Assembly: GCA_015522885.1 (NCBI GenBank)
Contig: WALJ01000131.1
Location: forward strand, 1 to 28,091
Origin: Thermoplasmata archaeon
GTDB taxonomy: Archaea; Thermoplasmatota; Thermoplasmata; WALJ01
Length of the DNA: 28,091 nt
Direction of reading: 5' to 3'
The notes beneath the pieces are model-generated. The model saw only the letters and a list, made by a program, of their open reading frames with translations, searched no databases and had not been told where the DNA came from. Made by a program: the position numbers and the translations under genes. Shown piece after piece: positions 1 through 9,190 of this stretch. How positions within the stretch are numbered: the stretch's first letter is position 1; every line of letters begins with the position of its first letter.

Positions 1-1035
1 AACAGGGGCGGGGGAACGATGTTCCGGGTTATGGATTCGATACCGGAGGATGCGGAGCTCAGCGGTGAGAGCGGCAGGATCGCATATCTCGGAAGGGGAA
101 AGGGCATGGTTTTGAAGTACTCCGTGAGATTTCCTCTGAAGGGAAAATATGCGCTCGGACCGGTGAAAATAAGGTGCTTCGACCCGATGCTCTTCTGGGT
201 TCGGGAATACACGATAGACATAAAGGACGGAATAGATGTCTATGTCGGCACCGAGGACCTGAAAAAGGTGAGGCTCGAGCCCACAAAAACAAGGAACTGG
301 CTGGGAAACATACAGTCGAGAAGGATAGGCATTGGCACGGAGTTCTACTCGATAAGGGAGTATGTGTCGGGAGATGACGTGAGAAAGATAAACTGGAAGG
401 GGAGCGCAAGAACCGATAAACTCCTTGTGAACGAGTACGAGGGCGAGAACAGCGGGGATGCGATAATCGTTCTGGATGCGAAGGAGGAATACATGGCAGG
501 CACGGAAAGGCACAACACATTCAAGGCCGGTGTAAGGGCAACTCTCTCCATATCCTCGCATATGCTGAGGCAGAGGAACCGCGTCGGTCTGGTCCTGCTT
601 GGCGATTATCTTACATGGCTGTACCCGGAATTCGGAAGACGACAGTTGTACAAGATAATAGAAGCGCTCTCCACGCTTAAAAAGGGTGGGAAATGGGGAT
701 TCGACACGCTTTACTGGATAATCACAAGGTTCTTTCCTGCAAATTCGTATATCATCGTGGTCTCCACACTTCAGAGCAGGGAGATACCGGAAACGATTAT
801 GGCTCTGAGGGCAAGGGGCTATGATGTTCTCATAATATCTCCGTCACCGGTAGCAATAGAAAAAAGCCTCTCGAAGGATGATTTCGAACACCGCCTTGCC
901 TTTAGAATAATGGATATGAAAAGGGAGAATGTAATGGATGCTCTGAGGGAAAAAGCCGCCGTTATAGACTGGGATACCTCCGTTCCTCTGGCGGAGGAGT
1001 TAAAAGCCGTGAGGAGGTTTGATAGATGGAGATAA
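1..1035 (+). CDS. DUF58 domain protein (vWA-like, MoxR-associated), probably 5'-partial
   Basis: Hallmark EFYSIREYVSGDDVRKINWKGSAR motif followed by IIVLD. The frame is open to base 1, so the start may lie upstream of ATG 19. Confidence 0.88.
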   Translation, partial: NRGGGTMFRVMDSIPEDAELSGESGRIAYLGRGKGMVLKYSVRFPLKGKYALGPVKIRCFDPMLFWVREYTIDIKDGIDVYVGTEDLKKVRLEPTKTRNWLGNIQSRRIGIGTEFYSIREYVSGDDVRKINWKGSARTDKLLVNEYEGENSGDAIIVLDAKEEYMAGTERHNTFKAGVRATLSISSHMLRQRNRVGLVLLGDYLTWLYPEFGRRQLYKIIEALSTLKKGGKWGFDTLYWIITRFFPANSYIIVVSTLQSREIPETIMALRARGYDVLIISPSPVAIEKSLSKDDFEHRLAFRIMDMKRENVMDALREKAAVIDWDTSVPLAEELKAVRRFDRWR

Positions 1036-1508
1036 AGATGAAACTCGGGATGACAGGTACTGTACTTTCAGCGCTCCTCTTCGTTTCCGTATTGACAGAG
1101 GATTTCTTGGCTTCTTCCGGATTTTTTTATCTTGCTCTGCTGTCTGCCGTACCGCTTATCTCCGGGATTGTAACGGGCAGCCGAAAAGTCGTGCTGCTTT
1201 TCCCGATGCTTCTTGCATTCGCCTATGTGCCGGCATCCGCTTCCTATCCGCTGACCGTCTTATCGATATTGAAACTATCCGTTATATGGCCTCTCTTCTT
1301 TGTTCTCTTCGCCGTCCTGAGCTTTCCGGAATCGAGAGAACTTGAGAAAAGAGCCGTACTGACATGGATGATGAGCTCGACAGTATCCGCATTCTCGGTT
1401 ACAGGGATATTTGTGATGAGTTCTCCGATATTGAATCCGTTTATCGTCGTAGCCCTGGGGATACTGGCCGGTCTGGCCATGCTCTATGTGTCTCACAGCG
1501 ACAGATGA
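1026..1508 (+). CDS. hypothetical integral membrane protein (about 5 TM segments)
   Basis: 160 aa, almost entirely hydrophobic. It overlaps the DUF58 end by 10 nt and has GGAGG about 8 nt upstream of the ATG. Confidence 0.75.
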   Translation: MEIKMKLGMTGTVLSALLFVSVLTEDFLASSGFFYLALLSAVPLISGIVTGSRKVVLLFPMLLAFAYVPASASYPLTVLSILKLSVIWPLFFVLFAVLSFPESRELEKRAVLTWMMSSTVSAFSVTGIFVMSSPILNPFIVVALGILAGLAMLYVSHSDR

Positions 1509-1516
1509 AAAACAGC

Positions 1517-1780
1517 TTATTTCTTCACATCGCTGAATATCGCCTCTAACTGGCTCAGTATGTTCCAGACAACCGTTCTTCCGTGCATCGGCAGGTTCTG
1601 ATCGTTTGCAAGCTCGTCCATGATGAAAATAACACTGGATGCTCTCACATCCAGCGGCTCTTTATCATTCAGAAGCCTCTCCTTGGCCTCCGCTGCCCCT
1701 CTCCTTATGTTTCTGGGAATCGAATTATCATCTGCGATCTGATCAAGCAGTTCTATGGCCTTCTTCACTTTTTCTTCCAT
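1517..1780 (-). CDS. UPF0147 family protein
   Basis: DNSIPRNIRRGA and LDELANDQNLPMHGRT-type motifs of the archaeal UPF0147 family. SD GGAGGTGA lies 4 nt before the ATG. Confidence 0.9.
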   Translation of the reverse strand: MEEKVKKAIELLDQIADDNSIPRNIRRGAAEAKERLLNDKEPLDVRASSVIFIMDELANDQNLPMHGRTVVWNILSQLEAIFSDVKK

Positions 1781-1808
1781 ATTATCACCTCCATGGGTGA
1801 GTGGGGGA

Positions 1809-3458
<1,650 letters not shown>

Positions 3459-3578
3459 ATTTATCACCTCAAATCAGAACTGCACCCGAATAATAGATTT
3501 GGTATTTAGGCTTTAGGTATGTTCAGACTCTCCGGCGAGCCTGAAATCTCTGACGGCATGGCTGCGCCCATGAAATGC

Positions 3579-3596
3579 TTATATATATCGTTTTCC
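3579..3596 (-). promoter_or_regulatory. BRE + TATA box of the acyl-CoA synthetase gene
   Basis: The minus strand reads GGAAAACG-ATATATATAA, implying a 5' UTR of about 100 nt. Confidence 0.6.
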
Positions 3597-3604
3597 TGTT
3601 AAAA

Positions 3605-3623
3605 TTCGTCATTTTTTGACGAA
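3605..3623. promoter_or_regulatory. perfect 7-5-7 palindrome, candidate transcription-factor site
   Basis: TTCGTCA-TTTTT-TGACGAA, just upstream of the BRE/TATA above. Confidence 0.45.
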
Positions 3624-3821
3624 GAGCGCAGAAATAGAGGGGATTTGAGGCGGTTTCGGACACGAAGATGCTATCTCATCTGCAGAAAAGAGAGTACAGG
3701 AATATCGATGAAGATGCTGAGAAAAATTATTTATAGTCAAAGACATAACCTTCTAAACTAATGAAGAATCCAAACGCAGCAAGCTGCGGGATATATTAAT
3801 CAAATGAGCGCCGAAGAGGTC

Positions 3822-4694
3822 CTAAAAAGACACAGGGAATAAGTAGGTCATAGGATTCCCCAGCAGAACGGTAAGTATGAACCCTATCGTTATCGGCACT
3901 ATGAACGGTATCTTGGGTGTCACCCATACATTCCTTATCCCTGCGCTCTCCAGTGCGCCCCAGTCCGTTTCCATGTACTTGCTCGGCAGAAGCACCCTTC
4001 TTGGTTTTCCGTCTTCGATTCTTACCATCGGCCAGAGCTTCCTTTTTCTGGCATCCCTGATGTTCATTCTGTAACCGAAGAGCATCTCGGGGAACTTGAC
4101 ATCCCCTCTTTTGATGTTCACGGCCGTGAAATACAGCGGAAGCACGGCGACCATTACGGATGCGAAGAGAAGCACTGACAGGGAGAAGGGGAAGAGCATC
4201 GTAAATGCCTCAGGTAGGGCCTGATGCGAGATGATTGCAAGATTCGGATATCCGTAGAACAGCAGACTGAGCATCACCAGAGCCTTCGCATCCGCCGCCC
4301 CGTGGATTATGTTGGAGTAATAGAGCACGAAGAAGAATATGGAAACCCCTGTGGCGGAGAGCGCTCCGAGAAACAGGGTCTCGTTCTTCATCGTTATGTA
4401 TCCCCAGACAAATCCCGCGAAGGATGCCAGATAGATGAGGAAAAACGGCCATGTGACCCTGACATTGCTCAGTTCCTCCCGTTCCACCAGAGCCTCTATG
4501 AGAATTCCGGAAAGAGGGAGCAGCATTATGAGTAGTTCGGGATTACTGCCGTATGCTTCGATACCGTAGAAAATAAGGGCGGGTATGCCCATCAACCACC
4601 ATATCCATCTCGGTATCAGCCTTGTCTTCATGTCGTGATATGAGGCATAGAACAGGCATGCGAGTGCGATTGTGACCTTCACTTCGTCATACAC
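3822..4694 (-). CDS. A24 family prepilin/preflagellin peptidase (FlaK/PibD-like)
   Basis: N-terminal YASYHD (first Asp), HGAADAKAL (second Asp), C-terminal WVTPKIPFIVPITIG, multiple TM segments. GTG start. Confidence 0.88.
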   Translation of the reverse strand: MYDEVKVTIALACLFYASYHDMKTRLIPRWIWWLMGIPALIFYGIEAYGSNPELLIMLLPLSGILIEALVEREELSNVRVTWPFFLIYLASFAGFVWGYITMKNETLFLGALSATGVSIFFFVLYYSNIIHGAADAKALVMLSLLFYGYPNLAIISHQALPEAFTMLFPFSLSVLLFASVMVAVLPLYFTAVNIKRGDVKFPEMLFGYRMNIRDARKRKLWPMVRIEDGKPRRVLLPSKYMETDWGALESAGIRNVWVTPKIPFIVPITIGFILTVLLGNPMTYLFPVSF

Positions 4695-4773
4695 GGAGGG
4701 GCATATATCGGGGGCTTAAATATGCTTTCCTGCCGAGAGCAAAAAGGATTTACGGGTAAGCCTATCCTCTTCC

Positions 4774-6021
4774 GTGCGAGACAGCAGAATACCCTCGTGG
4801 GTAAGCCCGGAAACATGCGTGAAGTGCAAGGGAGCCAAGAACCTGTGCGGCCTCGGATACTGCCCGATACTGCAGTCTGCGAGAGAGAGCTTTCCGAAGA
4901 TCGAGTTCCACGGAAAGGAGATGTTCGGCTCCTCGCCGCCTTCGATATTCGTGGGAAGATACGGCTATCCCAAGGTCTATGCGGGCCCCGTTCTGCCGCC
5001 CTTCGTCTCGAAAGAGGTCGAGTTCCTCGGCCTGTCTTCGAAGTTATACGGAATGGGGATAACGGACATCATCGGGAAGCGGAGCGCTCTCTACCGCACA
5101 AGCTCGCTCTATGATGTTCGCCATCCGAAGGAAAAAGGGGGAGTTCTGGAGGCAACTCATCTGCTTGCGATGGCGGAGAAGCCCGTCGATATCGAGGTCA
5201 AACTTGCGAGAGAGGTCAGGGATAGGCCGGCTCTGGACTTCTTCCATGCCCCTCTCGGCCCCAGAACGGATGCGGAGAAGGCGAGGATAACCGAGAATCC
5301 TGCGGTTCCGAGGAAGGTGGACGCTCTTGTCGAAGACTCCGATGCAAAGGCCACGGATGCGATTTTCGAACTTTTCAGCTCTGGAATAGAGGTTGACCGC
5401 ACGCAGAACCTTCTGGCGGCCGGACTGCTCGGAAACAAAAGATATAGAAAGATGGTTCCGACCAGATGGTCGATAACCGCCGTGGATGATATGGTTGCGA
5501 AGAGACTCATGAGAGATGTGCGCTACTATCAGGAGATAGGCGAGTTCGAGCTCTATGAGAACACATATCTGGGCAATCACTTCAATATCCTGCTCATACC
5601 GTCCGAGTGGGGCTTCGAGATGGTCGAGATGTGGATGAGCGGTTCCTACTGGTCTCCTCAGGACGTTACGCTGAACGACTGGGAAGCGTTCGAAGGGAGA
5701 AAGAGCTATGCGGACAACATAACCGGCGGTTATTACGCTGCGAGGCTTGCGGTTCTGGAACATCTTCACAGGAGAAGGAGGAGCGCGAAGGTCCTGATAT
5801 ACAGGGAAATATCGAAGGAATACTGGGCGCCACTCGGTGTCTGGGTCGTCAGGGAGACTGCGAGAAGGGCGATGGAGAATGAGCCGATAAGGTTCAGTGA
5901 TACGGAGAGCGCTCTCAAAGCAATAACGGAAAGGGTGCACAACAGGCAATGGACGAGGCACAGCCGCACGGTCTCGGAGCTAAGGTTTCAGAGGAAGTTG
6001 AGCGATTACTGGGAGCTGTGA
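4774..6021 (+). CDS. nreA: Nre family DNA repair protein (DUF650/DUF651)
   Basis: N-terminal CxxCKGxKxLCGxxxCP zinc motif, GSSPPSIFVGRYGYP, TRWSITAVDD, GGYYAARL, and C-terminal PIP-like QRKLSDYW. Confidence 0.9.
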   Translation: MRDSRIPSWVSPETCVKCKGAKNLCGLGYCPILQSARESFPKIEFHGKEMFGSSPPSIFVGRYGYPKVYAGPVLPPFVSKEVEFLGLSSKLYGMGITDIIGKRSALYRTSSLYDVRHPKEKGGVLEATHLLAMAEKPVDIEVKLAREVRDRPALDFFHAPLGPRTDAEKARITENPAVPRKVDALVEDSDAKATDAIFELFSSGIEVDRTQNLLAAGLLGNKRYRKMVPTRWSITAVDDMVAKRLMRDVRYYQEIGEFELYENTYLGNHFNILLIPSEWGFEMVEMWMSGSYWSPQDVTLNDWEAFEGRKSYADNITGGYYAARLAVLEHLHRRRRSAKVLIYREISKEYWAPLGVWVVRETARRAMENEPIRFSDTESALKAITERVHNRQWTRHSRTVSELRFQRKLSDYWEL

Positions 6022-7427
6022 TTCCTTTCTTTTGTCATTCTCATCACATCATTCAGGTCCCAGTGCAGGACTCCTTTTTCCTTCATCTCCTCCATACACT
6101 TCTCTGTGAATCCGGATTTCGACACCATCAGGAACCTCCTTTCGAAACCGTCCAATCCCGTGAGTTCAACCTTCCTCTCCAGATTGCCCAGAGATTTGCA
6201 GGACATCTTCCTGTTTCTCCATTTAACCTCTCCGAAAAGTGCCTCGTTTCTTTTCCTGCTTATGGCCACCACATCTATTTCCTCACCTTTGCGGGACCAC
6301 CAGGCACCACATTCTTCATAATCTAGTCTGAACCTGACTGTGTCTCGTACGATATCTTCGAACTTTGATGCGGTGAACATGGGTAGCCCTTCCATCGTAT
6401 TGCGGAGTGCGTCTTCGTAATTCTCGGTTTCAATGAGAGAGTTCTGGCTGAATATGAATCTGAACCAGAAGTCTATGAGATTGTCGGATATCCGGTACCT
6501 TGTCCTCTTTGTCTTTCTTTCCTCTGTAACCGGTGTATTCGGCGAAATAAGCCCGAAATCATCCCTGAGAATCTGGATATACTTTGAGAGGCTGTCCCGC
6601 TTAATGCCTGTTTTATCGGATATCGCAGTGAATGTTATATAGCCCTGTGAAATGGCCTCTAAAATCGAGAAATAAGTGCTGTAATTCGCTCCGAAGTCCT
6701 CTATCAATGCGCTCTTTACCTCATCCCTGAGAAGCGGGAAATCGCTGAAAAACGACCTTCTCAGTATCTCGGAAATCTTTTTCCCTTTCAGTCCCTGTTC
6801 TTCGAGCATCACATGGTATTTCGGAAGTCCGCCGAATACGGAATAGAGTTCCATGCTCCCTTCCGGAGAAAAACCCATATCTTCGGTTATGTAGAGCACT
6901 GTTCCTGCCGAAAGCTCCTTTAAATGCATGATTTCCGCGGCTCTTCCGAAAAGAGGCTCTTTTGAGTCCTGAAAAATCCTTTTCATCATGGAGATATAGG
7001 AGCCCAATGCTATCAAGTGCACATTTCCCCTGTCTTTGTATGTGTCATAGACTTTCTGCAGTATCGAGAATATCTCGGGAGAAGAATACCTGAAGTTCTG
7101 GAACTCATCAATGGCGAGTACCAGAGGTTCATCTGCGGGTGCCGTATGCGTGAGCACATACTCAAAGAGGTCGTCCCACCTTGAGAAATGCGGGGAGTTC
7201 CCGTAAAATCTCCGGATGGTATTGGAAAATTCCTCAAGCAGTAGAGTGGAGCTTTTTCTCGAAACGAACAGGTAAATGTTCGGTTTGTCTCTCATGAATT
7301 CTTCAACCAGCCTGGTTTTTCCGACCCTCCTTCTTCCGACAATGACCGTGAAATGCATGTTGTCTTTTGACAGCCCGTATATCCTTTCCAGCTCTTTCAT
7401 CTCAGACCTGCGGTCATAGAACTTCAT
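6006..7427 (-). CDS. archaeal ATPase (ATPase_2) with HTH and C-terminal DUF234 / PD-(D/E)xK nuclease-fold domain
   Basis: MKFYDRxxE start, Walker A GRRRVGKT, Walker B AIDEFQ, GGLPKY, DNLIDFWFRF, FEDIVR and EIDVVAI..GEVKW. ATG 7427 is preferred over 7448 because a TTAAATA box begins 30 nt upstream, consistent with a leaderless start. Confidence 0.88.
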   Translation of the reverse strand: MKFYDRRSEMKELERIYGLSKDNMHFTVIVGRRRVGKTRLVEEFMRDKPNIYLFVSRKSSTLLLEEFSNTIRRFYGNSPHFSRWDDLFEYVLTHTAPADEPLVLAIDEFQNFRYSSPEIFSILQKVYDTYKDRGNVHLIALGSYISMMKRIFQDSKEPLFGRAAEIMHLKELSAGTVLYITEDMGFSPEGSMELYSVFGGLPKYHVMLEEQGLKGKKISEILRRSFFSDFPLLRDEVKSALIEDFGANYSTYFSILEAISQGYITFTAISDKTGIKRDSLSKYIQILRDDFGLISPNTPVTEERKTKRTRYRISDNLIDFWFRFIFSQNSLIETENYEDALRNTMEGLPMFTASKFEDIVRDTVRFRLDYEECGAWWSRKGEEIDVVAISRKRNEALFGEVKWRNRKMSCKSLGNLERKVELTGLDGFERRFLMVSKSGFTEKCMEEMKEKGVLHWDLNDVMRMTKERNHSSQ

Positions 7428-7569
7428 AATAGTACCGAAAAGTATCATACTATTTAAGACTATTCTTGGAATTCGGGTCTGCGTTAATATGTCGGAATGG
7501 TAAAAAGAAAGGCGAGTGATTGCTAGAGAGGATAATGGAAAACTCCTTTAACCCCTTCCATTTTCTACC

Positions 7570-8274
7570 GTGCCTTCAACAGAGCCGGTGTTCGGACGGA
7601 GAGCGCTCCTCATAAACAAAAAGGCCCTCGTAGTCGCAGACCTTCATATAGGCGTGGAATACGAACTCGAGAGAAACGGGATAAGGATACCGCCCCAGTG
7701 GAAGGACATGGCGGAGGAGATTCTTAGCCTTAAAGAGGAGAGCGGAGCGGAGACACTGACAATAAACGGAGACCTCAAGCACAGCATACCCTCGGAAAAA
7801 TGGGAATTCCGGGATGTGAGGTCGTTTTTCAGAGAGATAAGACATGCTTTCGATGAGATCCATCTGGTAAAAGGCAACCACGACGGTGGGATTCAGTACG
7901 AAGTGCCTTCATGGGTCACGCTGCATCCGGGCTCCGGTTTTGTTTTTGAGGGTATCGGAATATTCCACGGCCACGCATGGCCTTCCGATGATGTGATGAA
8001 ATCCGATGTTCTGGTAATGGGCCACATGCATCCTGCGGTGAGGTTCACCGATTCTCTGGGAAATTCACAGAATGAACCGTGCTGGATAAGGGGAAAATAC
8101 GGAGATAAAAAGATAATAGTCATGCCGGCCATGAGCAGGTTCTACGGTGGAGCAGCGGTCAATGACAACAGGTTCATCGGCCCTGTTCTGAAATCGGAGG
8201 AATTCGACGGGAAAAATGCAAAAATATACCTCTTGGACGGGACATATGTGGGAAAAATAGGGGAAATGAAATAG
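7570..8274 (+). CDS. calcineurin-like metallophosphoesterase (COG1407-type)
   Basis: ADLHIG, NGDLKH, KGNHD, FHGH and GHMHP metal-binding motifs are all intact. GTG is the only start after the in-frame TAA at 7549. Confidence 0.9.
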   Translation: MPSTEPVFGRRALLINKKALVVADLHIGVEYELERNGIRIPPQWKDMAEEILSLKEESGAETLTINGDLKHSIPSEKWEFRDVRSFFREIRHAFDEIHLVKGNHDGGIQYEVPSWVTLHPGSGFVFEGIGIFHGHAWPSDDVMKSDVLVMGHMHPAVRFTDSLGNSQNEPCWIRGKYGDKKIIVMPAMSRFYGGAAVNDNRFIGPVLKSEEFDGKNAKIYLLDGTYVGKIGEMK

Positions 8275-8406
8275 GTTTCACACATCTTCCGGAGGGTGTC
8301 TTATACACCCACATCTGTCATATATAAAGGAAACTCAGAGACATCAAGTTCGCCAAAATCCTGAAAAGGAGCGCAGACATGGTCACGGTTGCAGGTAGGT
8401 GATACC

Positions 8407-9015
8407 ATGACCGATGTCTGCAAAAGCGAGATAGATAAGAAGTATAAAAAGAGTGACAGAAAGAGAATAAAGAAGGAGAGAGAACGAGAAGAGAACATCT
8501 TCAGGAAGAGACTCTGGGCAGTTAGAAACGCAGAGAGATACGGAAAAAGAGCGGTGGCAGAGATACTTGGAGTATCTCTAAGAACAATCTACAGATGGAT
8601 AAAAAGATACAGAGAACACGGAAAGGAAGGATTGAAAGAGAAAAGCAGGAGACCGCACAGAATACACAGAAAGGATGATGAAACGGTCGGGAAAGTGATA
8701 GAGCTCAGGCTGAGATACAACTATGGAGCAGAGAAGATTGCCATAGAACTCGGAATATCGCCGACAACGGCAAACAGAATACTGAAAAAAGCGGGGTTAT
8801 CGAAGAGGAAAAAGAGAAAGAAGATATTCAGACATTACGAGAGAAAGCACAGCAATTCCATGTGGCAGATGGATTATACGATGATATATGAGGATATGTG
8901 GCTTTTTCTGGCGGTAGATGACCATTCGGTTTATCGCAGCTCACAGGCTCATGAAAAGCCCGAATGTATAGGCAGAGACATAAGCTTCCAAACTGATGAT
9001 GTCTCCGACTGGTAG
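8407..9015 (+). mobile_element. IS481-family transposase relic (HTH intact, integrase core frameshifted and truncated)
   Basis: HTH region VSLRTIYRWIKRY..GLKEKSRRPH, YGAEKI, ISPTTANRILK and HSNSMWQMDY..AVDDHS. The expected RF(I) continues in another frame from 8930 (FIAAHRLMKSPNV) to TAG 8969-8971. SD AGGTGA precedes ATG 8407. Element ends were not identified. Confidence 0.85.
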
Positions 9016-9190
9016 TCACGAAGGAGAATTATGGAAGAATTCTCCTGAGCTAGCCTTCTAAAAGAAGGCGAAGCGACCGGAGGAAAGCTGTCTGTCAAAG
9101 ATATAAGTTAACAAAGTTAGGTCGGCGACTATATACATGGTCTTATTTAAAGTTTTTTGTCAGTATATAGTGTCGTAGTATCTTGCTCCT

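Noticed and set aside
4290-4310. GAAD rather than GGGD/GGAD at the second catalytic Asp of the peptidase
   Set aside because: The Asp is retained and small-residue variation is common in archaeal A24 peptidases.
8920-8975. Programmed frameshift or TAG read-through (pyrrolysine) rescuing the transposase
   Set aside because: There is no slippery sequence at the shift. A TAA follows three codons after the TAG, and no recognisable second or third DDE residues occur downstream in any frame.
9058-9138. 26-codon minus-strand ORF MYIVADLTLLTYIFDRQLSSGRFAFF
   Set aside because: Its ATG is only about 6 nt from the TATA box, so it would lie upstream of the predicted TSS. It has no SD or motif.
8275-9175. 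Terminal inverted repeats or target duplication of the IS481 element (TGT...ACA candidates at 8317, 9113, 9137; TGTCA..ATATA repeated at 8317, 9093, 9158)
   Set aside because: No left/right pair matches beyond a few bases, so element ends cannot be called.
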